Positions 20,366-29,463 of a stretch of DNA of 32,000 bases are shown here, piece after piece. Location: positions 1,230,001 through 1,262,000 of the forward strand of contig NZ_CP026606.1 in the NCBI RefSeq assembly GCF_002945325.1. The letters are read 5' to 3'. The stretch is from Methanococcus maripaludis (GTDB lineage Archaea; AGJL01; Methanococci; Methanococcales; Methanococcaceae). A program made the position numbers and the translations under genes. The notes below the pieces were generated by a model. That model made no database searches. It saw only the letters and a list, made by a program, of their open reading frames with translations, and was not told where the DNA came from. Numbering within the stretch: the first letter of the stretch is position 1; each line of letters begins with the position of its first letter.

Positions 20366-21199
20366 ATGTTTAATAAAAAATTTTTGGTATTTCCTGTGAT
20401 TTTTGCACTTTTAGTTGCAGTTTCATTTTCTGGCTGTACGGACAGTTCAGATTCAGAATCTGGTGCATCTGCTGAAGTGCAAACACAGGATTACGATTCA
20501 CAAAGTTCTTCAAGGTTAAATACAAACGAAGGTTCGGAAATTTTAGAATTGATTGGAAATCATGCTGAGGTATGGATTTATTCGTATGAATATACTATGA
20601 ATTCTAAGGTAAATGGTCAAAATATCGAGATTAGCGGATCTGGAATAGTTGATACAAAAAATAAAAATACTTACATGTATTTATCATCTGAAAATGGGAG
20701 TATTGAGTACTATTATTTCCAAGATGCAGTTTACATGGGGGCTGTTGCAAACGGGGAAACCCAGTGGATGAAAATGCCTGCTAGTAGCGAAGATTTTGAA
20801 GATAATTTTGATGTAATGGCCCAATACGACGAAAGTGTTTACGAACTTGAAAATAGTGACTTTATTTTGGAAGGTGAGGAAACCGTAAATGGAATCCCCT
20901 GTTACAAAGTAAGAATGAATATAGAAGACATTTATAATGATATGGTGTCAGAATATGCTGTTGAAGAAGGCGAAGTTTTAGATTGGGAAACAGCAGATGT
21001 TATTTATTATATCAGTAAATCGGACGGTTATTTAGTAAAAACAACAGCTAATATCAAAGGAACTGATAAATCCGGAGAGTCCTTTGAGATTAACTACGTT
21101 TTAAGTTTAAAAAATATCAATGAAGTTCAAAATATAGAACTTCCAAAAGAAGCAGAAAATGCAATTGATATGTCAGATTACTACTCAAACTACCAGTAA
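20366..21199 (+). CDS. Secreted lipoprotein with LolA/LppX-like outer-surface fold (fold is inference); ATG at 20366 likely start
   Basis: MFNKKFLVFPVIFALLVAVSFSGC lipobox, Ser/Asp-rich linker, then a roughly 230-aa domain. Confidence 0.75.
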   Translation: MFNKKFLVFPVIFALLVAVSFSGCTDSSDSESGASAEVQTQDYDSQSSSRLNTNEGSEILELIGNHAEVWIYSYEYTMNSKVNGQNIEISGSGIVDTKNKNTYMYLSSENGSIEYYYFQDAVYMGAVANGETQWMKMPASSEDFEDNFDVMAQYDESVYELENSDFILEGEETVNGIPCYKVRMNIEDIYNDMVSEYAVEEGEVLDWETADVIYYISKSDGYLVKTTANIKGTDKSGESFEINYVLSLKNINEVQNIELPKEAENAIDMSDYYSNYQ

Positions 21200-21235
21200 A
21201 TTTATAATAAAAATATAAAAAAAGATTTTTTTATT

Positions 21236-24200
21236 TTATTTATTTTTTTCAATATCGATTGAAATATCGTAAGTTTCTTCATTTGGCGTTTTAATAGTCC
21301 ATTTTTGATTGTAATCAGATTTTAAACTTTCAACGAAGTTTCCTCTAACTTCATTTGCAATATGGCTTAAATAATCACTACTGAAATCAATTCCGTCTAA
21401 TTTTACATTGATTTTTTCGTTAATATCTAAATCCATATCTTTTCTCATGGACTGGATTCTTCTAACAACTTCTCTAACCAATCCTTCTTTGATTACTTCA
21501 TCGTTCATCTCAATGTTAATGTAAACGTTTCCTTTTGAGAATTCAACACCGACAATGTTTTCAGGAATTTCAACCCTGAATTCAACGTATTCTGGTTTTA
21601 TTTCATATTCTGAAACTTTTAAGTTTCCAGATTTCAATTTTTCTTTTAGTTCGCTAGGTGCTACTGAATTTATCGCAGCAACAACTTTTGGAACATCGCT
21701 TCTGAAGATTTTTCCAAGTTCTTTGAAGTTTGGTTTTACAGTTATATTTCCTTCAAATTCTTTTAATTCGATTTCTTTTACGTTGCCCTGTTCTTTTATG
21801 ATGTATCCATATTTTTCAACAGTTTCAGCAATGTTTTCAGGAAGCGTTATTTTTGTAATCGGATATCTTAGTGTGTATTTTGCTTTATCTCTTCCTTTGA
21901 GGATTGAATCTACAATTTCACGAATAATTTCGGTATCTTTTTCCAAAGTTTCATTTATGAATTCAGATTCAATTGTTAACTTGTTCATGAAGATGCTTTC
22001 AGGCATATCTTCAGTTTTCAAGTTCTGGTAGATTTCTTCTGAAAGGTGAGGTGTTACCGGAGCCATTATTGAAATTAATTTCATGATCACGTAGTACAGA
22101 GTCTGGTATGCAGATAATTTCTGCACGTCATTTTTCTCCATCCATGTTCTGTCACGAATTAATTTAATATACCATCTTGAAAAGTCGTTGAGTATGAAAT
22201 CCCTAAGTGCCCACGTGTACACGTGTAAATGGGGTTTCTCTAAAGCTTCAACAGCTTCTTTAGCGACAGTATTTATTCTGCTCAATATCCATGCATCTTC
22301 ATCTTTTACATGCTTGAAATATTCGTTATTTGGAACGAAATCATCAAGAACCATGTAGTTTGCAGAAAATGCGTATGAATTCCAGAGTGTATTTAACATA
22401 CTTCTGGTTTCATCCATTTCCGAGTATGAAAATCTTAAATCTTCCCAAGCTTTGTTTGCACTTAAAAGATAGAACCTTAAAACATCTGCACCGTACTGGT
22501 CTGTAACATCGTCAGGGCTTACAATGTTTCCTAATGATTTACTCATTTTTTCTCCGGTTTCATCAAGAGTGAATCCGTGCATCATACATTTTTCGTAAGA
22601 AGTATCGTCAAATACAACTGCACTCAATGCATGCTGTGAGTAGAACCATTTTGTAACCTGATCGTTTCCTTCGGTAATAAATTGAGCTTTTTTAAGCTTT
22701 TTAGATCCAATTGAAGCATATGGTGCCAAACCACTGTCGTACCAGACATCTAATACATCAGGGGTTCTTTTCATTTTTCCGCCGCAGGAACATGTAAGTG
22801 TAATTTTATCAACGGCAGGTTTGTGGATGTCGCTTAAATCTACATCTTTTTCGTTAGCTCTTTCTTTTAATTCACCAACTGAACCGATTACTTCATATTT
22901 TCCACATTCTTCACAGATCCAGATTGGAAGCGGAATTCCCCAGTATCTTTGTCTTGAGATGTTCCAGTCTCCAACAAAGCTTACACCGTTAACATATCTT
23001 GTTTTAACCCAGTCTGGGACCCAATCAACAGTTTTACCCTGTTCGATGATGGAATCTTTTATTTTTGAGATTGAAAGGAACCACTGTTCAGTTGCCCTGA
23101 ATAAAAGTGGTGTTTTACATCTCCAGCAGTGCGGGTATGTGTGTTTTACTTTTCCAGAGTTTACGAGTAAATTTTTGGATAACAATGTTTCAATAACTGA
23201 TTCATCCATATCTTTTACGAAAGTTCCTTTCCAGATACTATCGGTATATTTTCCGTTGTCATCAATTGGTGCGTATACTGGAATATTATGTTCTTTACCA
23301 ATGTTAAAATCGTCTTCACCAAATCCTGGTGCGGTGTGAACTAAACCGGTTCCACCTTCGAGAGTTACGTGGTCTCCTGGAACAATTGTGTGCACATTTT
23401 CTATTTTTGCAAATTCTTGCTGTTTTTCGTTTTCTTCAAGGAGTGGGTGGATGTATTTTAATCCAATTAACGAATCTCCTTTAACAACTTTTGAAATACT
23501 GAATTTTGAAATTTCATTGTTTTTTTCAGCCTTTTTCATTACGTCATTTACTAATTTTTCAGCAATAATCCATGTTTCAACAGTTCCATTTTCAAATTCA
23601 ACACTAACATAAGCGTAATCAAATTCCGGATTTACACATACGAGCATGTTTGAAGGAAGTGTCCATGGAGTTGTGGTCCAGATTGTGATGTATTCATCGC
23701 TTTTTTCAAGCTTGAATTTTACATAAACTGAAGGATCGAGTACCTCTTTGTATTCTCCTCTTACTTCGTGTTCAGCAAGCGAAGTTTCACATCTTGGGCA
23801 CCAGTATCCTGATCTTAAGTCTTTTGTAAGTAATTCTTTTTCATGAGCTTTTTTAAGCGTCCACCAGCCCATTTCCATGTAGTCTCTTTTGATCGGCATG
23901 TATGCGTTTTCAAAATCGAGCCATACACCTAGGTTTTCAAACTGTCCTTGCATGTGTCCGAGGTGATTTAATGCAAACTCTTTACATTTGTTTATAAATT
24001 CCTGCGTTCCAATTTTTGTTTCAATGTCTTTTTTGGAGCCGATGTTAAATTCATTTTCCACTTTAACTTCGATAGGAAGGCCGTGCATGTCCCATCCAGC
24101 TTTATCTAAAACATTGTATCCTTGAATTCTCTTAAATCTTAAAACTGTATCCTTTATAATTTTATTCCAAGCCGTTCCAAGGTGTATTGCACCAGAACAG

Positions 24201-24340
24201 TACGGAGGGCCGTCAACAAAATAGTATTCAGGGCCGTGTTCATTTAATGCTTTTACTTTTTTGTAGGTATTTTCTTTTTTCCAGTATTCTTTTACTTTTT
24301 TATCTAATTCTCTAAAATTTACGGATTTAACTTGTTTCAT
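21236..24340 (-). CDS. ileS: Isoleucyl-tRNA synthetase
   Basis: HIGH-type signature YFVDGPPYCSGAIHLGTAWNKIIKD, editing domain TTTPWTLPSNMLVCVNP, DWNISRQRYWGIPLPIW, KMSKS-type EKMSKSLGNIVSP. Confidence 0.97.
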   Translation of the reverse strand: MKQVKSVNFRELDKKVKEYWKKENTYKKVKALNEHGPEYYFVDGPPYCSGAIHLGTAWNKIIKDTVLRFKRIQGYNVLDKAGWDMHGLPIEVKVENEFNIGSKKDIETKIGTQEFINKCKEFALNHLGHMQGQFENLGVWLDFENAYMPIKRDYMEMGWWTLKKAHEKELLTKDLRSGYWCPRCETSLAEHEVRGEYKEVLDPSVYVKFKLEKSDEYITIWTTTPWTLPSNMLVCVNPEFDYAYVSVEFENGTVETWIIAEKLVNDVMKKAEKNNEISKFSISKVVKGDSLIGLKYIHPLLEENEKQQEFAKIENVHTIVPGDHVTLEGGTGLVHTAPGFGEDDFNIGKEHNIPVYAPIDDNGKYTDSIWKGTFVKDMDESVIETLLSKNLLVNSGKVKHTYPHCWRCKTPLLFRATEQWFLSISKIKDSIIEQGKTVDWVPDWVKTRYVNGVSFVGDWNISRQRYWGIPLPIWICEECGKYEVIGSVGELKERANEKDVDLSDIHKPAVDKITLTCSCGGKMKRTPDVLDVWYDSGLAPYASIGSKKLKKAQFITEGNDQVTKWFYSQHALSAVVFDDTSYEKCMMHGFTLDETGEKMSKSLGNIVSPDDVTDQYGADVLRFYLLSANKAWEDLRFSYSEMDETRSMLNTLWNSYAFSANYMVLDDFVPNNEYFKHVKDEDAWILSRINTVAKEAVEALEKPHLHVYTWALRDFILNDFSRWYIKLIRDRTWMEKNDVQKLSAYQTLYYVIMKLISIMAPVTPHLSEEIYQNLKTEDMPESIFMNKLTIESEFINETLEKDTEIIREIVDSILKGRDKAKYTLRYPITKITLPENIAETVEKYGYIIKEQGNVKEIELKEFEGNITVKPNFKELGKIFRSDVPKVVAAINSVAPSELKEKLKSGNLKVSEYEIKPEYVEFRVEIPENIVGVEFSKGNVYINIEMNDEVIKEGLVREVVRRIQSMRKDMDLDINEKINVKLDGIDFSSDYLSHIANEVRGNFVESLKSDYNQKWTIKTPNEETYDISIDIEKNK

Positions 24341-24379
24341 TTATTCACCCCGATAATTTTTAAAATAATTTAATTTAGA

Positions 24380-24760
24380 TTAATGTGATTCTTCAATTTC
24401 ATCATCTGAATCAAGACTTTTACTTTTGTAGTACCCTTTCAAAAGCGGCATTTTTGGAAGGTCCTCTAAAAGATAAAAGTAAGGTTCATGCCTCTCGCTA
24501 ACAATTACGATATGTGCAGGAGGGTGAATTTTTCTAATCCTATCGATTGCTCTTGGTGCATTTTCCTCAATCCTGACAAGGCAAGCTTTTTTGCATGGTT
24601 TTTTAATGTTTCCAACAATATGTTCAAGAATTTCATCTGCAGCTTCTGGAACCATTATTCTTGGTTTTCCAAGTATTGTTAATTTAGCATGCCTGTGAAC
24701 ATCAGCTATTGCGTTTTTTATTTTTTCGTAGCTGTCGCCTCTAATAATCAAGAGTACCAT
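24380..24760 (-). CDS. DUF356 family archaeal protein (MVLLIIRG start)
   Basis: Small conserved ORF MVLLIIRGDSYEKIKNAIADVHRHAKLTILGKPRIM...; family from recall. Confidence 0.72.
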   Translation of the reverse strand: MVLLIIRGDSYEKIKNAIADVHRHAKLTILGKPRIMVPEAADEILEHIVGNIKKPCKKACLVRIEENAPRAIDRIRKIHPPAHIVIVSERHEPYFYLLEDLPKMPLLKGYYKSKSLDSDDEIEESH

Positions 24761-24814
24761 GTTTCTCACCGTGTTTTAGTAGTTTTAAGTTTTAGAATTA
24801 TAAAATATTCTAAT

Positions 24815-25486
24815 TTACTTTTTATCCCATAAATCAAGATATTCTTGAAGTATGAATGGAAAATCTCTTGCGTTGACGAATCTAAGCCCGAGTCTTTGAG
24901 CCCATTTTTCAATACCTTCATCGTTTGCAACAACTGCTGCATCGAGCTCTTTTGCTAACAAAAGAACATCTAAGTCAGGGGCACTGTCAAGTGTACCTCC
25001 TCGAAGTGCATTTCGGTATTTGACCCTAAAACTATTAACTGTTTTTGACAGGACTTCGTTTAACACGTCTTCCCTATCTTTTTCGTCAGGTTTTGAGAGT
25101 ATGTATGCTTCCAAGGCTGTTTCATACATTGCGTTTTCACTTATTCTCATCCCTTTATTTATTCTTTCCCTTAAATCTTTTACATATTCATAAAATATTT
25201 CGGCAGGAATTTTTATTTCGTACCTGTTTGGGGTTTTTTTGACAAGCCACGTGTCTACTTTTATCAATGTTTCAGGGGCACACCCTTCACGAGTTAAAAA
25301 ACCAACAAGTTCTTTATAAACAGTATCATAAGGAATATGGCATGAAATATCGAGCTGTACCCGTGCCTGTGCGATAATATCCATTATTTTTTCTGCAGAT
25401 TCTGAAATATTTGAAACACCTAACGATTTTCTAACGTCACTATCAGTAATTGCAGTTGTATCAAGGCAAAATCTTTGTTTTTGCAA
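24815..25486 (-). CDS. RNA-free ribonuclease P homologue (HARP; UPF0278 / 'RNA ligase partner' PIN-domain family)
   Basis: PIN-domain Asp motifs FCLDTTAITDSDVR and SAPDLDVLLLAKELDAAVVANDEGIEKWAQRLGLRFV, with KVDTWLVKKTPNRYEIKIPAEIFYEYVKDLRERINKG helical insert as in HARP. Confidence 0.82.
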   Translation of the reverse strand: MQKQRFCLDTTAITDSDVRKSLGVSNISESAEKIMDIIAQARVQLDISCHIPYDTVYKELVGFLTREGCAPETLIKVDTWLVKKTPNRYEIKIPAEIFYEYVKDLRERINKGMRISENAMYETALEAYILSKPDEKDREDVLNEVLSKTVNSFRVKYRNALRGGTLDSAPDLDVLLLAKELDAAVVANDEGIEKWAQRLGLRFVNARDFPFILQEYLDLWDKK

Positions 25487-25501
25487 AAGTATCGACCCCC
25501 T

Positions 25502-26551
25502 TTATTCATGATTATTTATCCCGTTTAAAATTCTTAAATTTGCCGGATAATTTTCAATGTATTTTGAGATAGTTTCCTTTTCTATTCTCGCTTCTAATTT
25601 TGAGATTGTCCTTTCAATGTTATTTTTTGAAAAACCTCTTGGGATACATTCTTTTATTTCTTCAATCGATTCGTAATATTCTTTTTCATTTAATTTTTCT
25701 GAAATATTTTCTGGCAGATATCTGCTCAAATCAAAGTTATTCACGGTATCAAGGACCATCTGTTCGTTTCTTTTTAGAATAATTTCTGATAAATTATCTC
25801 CAAAAGATTTAAAGACATCAATCGTGGTTTTTGGAAGCATGTGTTTTATGGATTCAAAATTATTGTTAAAAACTCCTTCTCGTATTTTTGTTCCACTTAT
25901 ACCTTCAATTCTTTCGATAAATTTGAATTTAGGGTTCCATTTTGGGAAATTTTCTTTTAAACGGTACATCGTGTAGGACATTGAAGCAATAACATAGTTA
26001 TCAATTTCCAATTTTTCTCCAAGTTTTTCGCAAGTTTCAATACACGAGATATTATATGGTTTTATTTTGATGTGATGCCCATTATTTATTGAATTAATTA
26101 CCCGTTCCATCGTTTCTTCTTCAATATATCCTCTTGGAATAATATCTCCATTTAATGCAGAAAAAATCTTTATCAAACACTGCATGTATTGACCTGAACC
26201 CATAATTCCCATTGGGGGGCCTTCAACTACTAAATCTGCTCCAGCAAGCAGTGCCATTTCTGCACGAATATGTCGATTAACTAAATATGGAATTCCCCGT
26301 CCACTTCTTTCAAGGGGTCCTGGAATAACACTTATAAACAAACCTTCACTTTTTCCAAAATCCATGCAGTATTTGTGCCCGTTATGGAGTGGATTATATT
26401 CGGTAAAGTCTACAACAATGTTTTTTAGGTTTTTTTCATCTTTCAATGCTTCAATGAGTTTTTGAACTTCAAAAATGTTATTTTTTGAATTTTTCGAGTC
26501 TTCAATTATCAACTTTCTATCTTTTTCAAATGATTTTATTTCGTCTTCCAT
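25502..26551 (-). CDS. HIGH-motif nucleotidyltransferase related to TmcAL/YlbM (HIGH_NTase1-like) with about 45-aa N-terminal extension
   Basis: [20 protein letters not shown] (HxGH), [52 protein letters not shown] (ISGTxIR motif). Confidence 0.72.
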   Translation of the reverse strand: MEDEIKSFEKDRKLIIEDSKNSKNNIFEVQKLIEALKDEKNLKNIVVDFTEYNPLHNGHKYCMDFGKSEGLFISVIPGPLERSGRGIPYLVNRHIRAEMALLAGADLVVEGPPMGIMGSGQYMQCLIKIFSALNGDIIPRGYIEEETMERVINSINNGHHIKIKPYNISCIETCEKLGEKLEIDNYVIASMSYTMYRLKENFPKWNPKFKFIERIEGISGTKIREGVFNNNFESIKHMLPKTTIDVFKSFGDNLSEIILKRNEQMVLDTVNNFDLSRYLPENISEKLNEKEYYESIEEIKECIPRGFSKNNIERTISKLEARIEKETISKYIENYPANLRILNGINNHE

Positions 26552-26590
26552 TCTACCACAAATCCAATGTTTTCAAAGCTTACCGAAAAA

Positions 26591-26600
26591 TTTATATATT
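26591..26600 (+). promoter_or_regulatory. Archaeal BRE/TATA promoter element for tRNA-Val
   Basis: CCGAAAAATTTATATATT (26583-26600) upstream of the tRNA; BRE/TATA-like consensus, predicted start near 26620. Confidence 0.6.
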
Positions 26601-26652
26601 ATGAATGCAATGTTTATTTTGCTCTCAGAACGAGAGCCAAGAGAAGCAAAAA

Positions 26653-26729
26653 GGACCTATGGTCTAGTTGGCTATGACATCGCCCTTACAAGGCGAGGGT
26701 CGCCGGTTCGAATCCGGCTAGGTCCACCA
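26653..26729 (+). tRNA. tRNA-Val (anticodon UAC), CCA encoded
   Basis: GGACCTA-TG-GTCTAGTTGGCTATGAC-A-TCGCC-CTTACAA-GGCGA-GGGTC-GCCGG-TTCGAAT-CCGGC-TAGGTCC-A-CCA; all four stems pair, anticodon TAC. Confidence 0.97.
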
Positions 26730-26855
26730 TTTTTATTTTAGGCATATATATTGATAAATTCAAATATATTGTAATGTTTGAAATGTAACTTTTTTGAATA
26801 GATTATTTTAATATGTATTTTAAAATTTAATTTAAAAGTTAAAAATTAGTCAAAA

Positions 26856-27290
26856 TTAGTTTGTTTTAGGATTCATTTGAGCGCTTCTCTGTTCAATTGC
26901 AGCAGCTCTTTTTTCAAGTTCAGATCTTAATTTTACAATTTCCTGACTTGTTTTTTGGATTTGAGAATTTACGAGTTCTTTTGTTTTTTCGAGTTCTTCA
27001 ATACTTTTTTGGAAATCTATTATTACATCATCTACATTCTTTTCAAGTAAAACGTCTACTCCGACTGAAAGAACGATTTTTTCAGGGTTTTGAGCTTCTG
27101 CTTTTACAAATGCACCAGCACCTAGAGGTAATAAAATTTCTTTGGATGTTTTCATACTTTCCATGGATTCAATGGATCTCAAAAGTTCCATTATCATCAT
27201 ATCAATGTTTGAAAGTTCTTCTTTAAGTTTATCAACCTGTTGGTTGTAAACGTCAAGTGCCATAAATTGATTTTGAAGTTCTTCGTTCAT
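26856..27290 (-). CDS. pfdA: Prefoldin alpha subunit (MNEELQ start likely)
   Basis: Coiled-coil ends around [38 protein letters not shown]. Confidence 0.92.
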   Translation of the reverse strand: MNEELQNQFMALDVYNQQVDKLKEELSNIDMMIMELLRSIESMESMKTSKEILLPLGAGAFVKAEAQNPEKIVLSVGVDVLLEKNVDDVIIDFQKSIEELEKTKELVNSQIQKTSQEIVKLRSELEKRAAAIEQRSAQMNPKTN

Positions 27291-27484
27291 TCTTATCACC
27301 CTTAATAACTATTTTGGATTAGAATTAGGACACCATAAACTCTAAAAGTAAATCGTGTTTTGTTTTCAGATATTTAAAACAATAAGCCTTATTTTCAATA
27401 TTTTTATAGTTACGATAATTATATATAGCTATTTATCATTATTGATAATTAAGAATTGTTCCTCTATGGACAAAGGTGTTATAA

Positions 27485-27787
27485 ATGAAGCTTTTTGGAT
27501 TTTTCGGGTATTCAATCGTTTTTTTAAAGGCTTTAGCCGAAGCATGGATTGATGTAGTTAAAAGAAGTTTTGACGGCAAAATCGATCCAGAAGTTATTGA
27601 AATAAACACGGATATAAACAGTTTAATGGGCCAGGTTTTGCTTGCATCGAGCATTACTTTGACTCCTGGAACCCTTACAATTGATCTGGATTCAGAAAAT
27701 AAAATTTTAAAAGTAGCTTCAATAAGTCCGAGAACAAAAGATGAGATAGTGCCTTTTGAGCCATACATAAAAAAGATTTTTGATTAA
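27485..27787 (+). CDS. ehbA: MnhE-like subunit of energy-converting hydrogenase B
   Basis: [24 protein letters not shown]...[29 protein letters not shown] is the MnhE signature; RBS AAAGGTG upstream of ATG. Confidence 0.72.
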   Translation: MKLFGFFGYSIVFLKALAEAWIDVVKRSFDGKIDPEVIEINTDINSLMGQVLLASSITLTPGTLTIDLDSENKILKVASISPRTKDEIVPFEPYIKKIFD

Positions 27788-27841
27788 ATTAATTTTTTTA
27801 AAATATTATTTTTTATTTTTTCTAAAGATTTAGTTGGTATT

Positions 27842-29035
27842 ATGGATGATTTTAAACGTATTTTAATTACAAAAATATTAAAAAACGAAGTAACAGAAGC
27901 TTTAGGCTGTACTGAAGTCGGATTGATTGGTTATGCAGTTTCACTATGTAATATTTCAGACCCATTTTCAATTGATAAAATCGAACTTACACTAAATAAC
28001 GGCTCTTTTAAAAACGTATACGCTGTCGGAGTTCCAAATACTAAAAAATATGGAATATTGCCTGCAGTTGTTGGCGGACTTTTGGGAAATTATAAAAACA
28101 AACTATTGGTTTTTAATGGTATAAATTACAGCCAAAAGTTAGAGGATTTTATTAAAGAACGACTTAAAATAAGCGTAACTAATGGCCCACTTTATTGTGC
28201 TGTAAAACTTAAAGATAATTCTGGGAATACTTTTGAATCGTTAATTAAAGACAATCATTTAAACGTTTTAATTCCAAAAATTAACAATGAACCTATGAAT
28301 TCTGAGATAACTGGTTCTGAAAAAGAAAAATACAAAAATCTTGAACTGTTAGATTTTTTAGACTATCTTGATGAAATTCCAGAAGAAATTATTCAATTGA
28401 TTGAAAAAACAATTTATACAAATAATAATTTAATCAAAGGCGATTTTTTAAATTATGGAAACGATTGTCTGTCAAATATGGTAAATAAAACAACTTCTGC
28501 ATGCAACACCCGAATGATTGGTGAAAATATGCCTGCAATGAGTGTTGCAAAAAGTGGTAATATGGGCATAATGGCGACACTTCCAATAATTGCTTATGAT
28601 TGTTCAAACGAACAAAATCAGGAAAAATTAATAAAATCTATCCTTCTTTCAGTTCTTGTAACAATTTATGCAACATATAAATCGTCTTATCTTTCATCGA
28701 TGTGTGGCTGTGTAAGTAAAGGTGGAATGGGGGCAGTAATTGGACTCTGCTACTATAAAAACGGTAAAAACCTTAAAAAACTTGATAGTGCAGCAAGAAC
28801 ATTTACTGCAAATTTGCCCGGAATAATATGTGACGGCGGAAAAGTGGGATGTGCATTAAAGCTTGCATCAGGATGCTTTGCAGCGCATTCTTCTCTTTTT
28901 TTGGATATATCTTATGAAAATGGGATTGTTGGTAAAGATTTTAAAGAATGCATTGAAAATATTTCAGAGATCAGTAAAGTAATGGGGGATCTCGATTCTG
29001 ACATTGTAAAAATCATGTCCAAAAAAGAAAGTTAA
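27842..29035 (+). CDS. cdsB: L-cysteine desulfidase (CdsB-like, serine dehydratase alpha/UPF0597-related)
   Basis: EALGCTEVGLIGYAV, NTRMIGENMPAMSVAKSGNMGIMATLPI, SSMCGCVSKGGMGAVIGLCYYKNG, GIICDGGKVGCALKLASG; conserved Fe-S Cys pattern. Confidence 0.88.
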   Translation: MDDFKRILITKILKNEVTEALGCTEVGLIGYAVSLCNISDPFSIDKIELTLNNGSFKNVYAVGVPNTKKYGILPAVVGGLLGNYKNKLLVFNGINYSQKLEDFIKERLKISVTNGPLYCAVKLKDNSGNTFESLIKDNHLNVLIPKINNEPMNSEITGSEKEKYKNLELLDFLDYLDEIPEEIIQLIEKTIYTNNNLIKGDFLNYGNDCLSNMVNKTTSACNTRMIGENMPAMSVAKSGNMGIMATLPIIAYDCSNEQNQEKLIKSILLSVLVTIYATYKSSYLSSMCGCVSKGGMGAVIGLCYYKNGKNLKKLDSAARTFTANLPGIICDGGKVGCALKLASGCFAAHSSLFLDISYENGIVGKDFKECIENISEISKVMGDLDSDIVKIMSKKES

Positions 29036-29048
29036 TATTTTTTCTATT

Positions 29049-29444
29049 TTATTCTTCGTTTAAAAACCAGTCCGGGGTTTCTAATAATTTATATCCTCCA
29101 AGCGGCCCAGGCTTGGTTTCAATAGTAAATTCCAGTTTTCTTAAATCATTGATTCTGTTGTGAACTGCAACCCTGCTGTCTCTATCAATATGTTTTTTTA
29201 AATATTCTCCTGAAATGTATTCTGAATTTTTAGAAAAGATTCCTTCCTTTTCAAGCGTTTTCCTCGCTTCTTTTTTAGATGTATCTTTACTCAAACTTTC
29301 GTAGATATCCATAACATCAAGAAACATGCAGATGATTTTAAAGTGTCCAAGGTCGATTTTAACATTTTTTTCAAATGCTTTTTCAAGGAAAGTCCAGAAA
29401 TCAATTTTCCTACTGTATTTAGGAATATTTATAAGATTAGACAT
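29049..29444 (-). CDS. Uncharacterised small protein, probable winged-helix-like C-terminal half
   Basis: ORF without coding competitor; DSRVAVHNRINDLRKLEFTIETKPGPLGGYKLLETPDWFL suggests wHTH-like helix/wing pattern (inference). Confidence 0.6.
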   Translation of the reverse strand: MSNLINIPKYSRKIDFWTFLEKAFEKNVKIDLGHFKIICMFLDVMDIYESLSKDTSKKEARKTLEKEGIFSKNSEYISGEYLKKHIDRDSRVAVHNRINDLRKLEFTIETKPGPLGGYKLLETPDWFLNEE

Positions 29445-29463
29445 TCAGACACCCGATTATTGA

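Noticed and set aside
21555-23612. Plus-strand ORFs at 21555-22031, 22821-23339 and 23388-23612
   Set aside because: All antisense to ileS, which has complete class I synthetase motifs.
26475-26741. 88-aa plus-strand ORF
   Set aside because: Runs through the start of the HIGH-nucleotidyltransferase gene in antisense and through the tRNA-Val gene.
27439-27768. Minus-strand 109-aa ORF overlapping ehbA
   Set aside because: The opposite-strand ORF has a clear MnhE signature and RBS; the minus ORF matches nothing recognisable.
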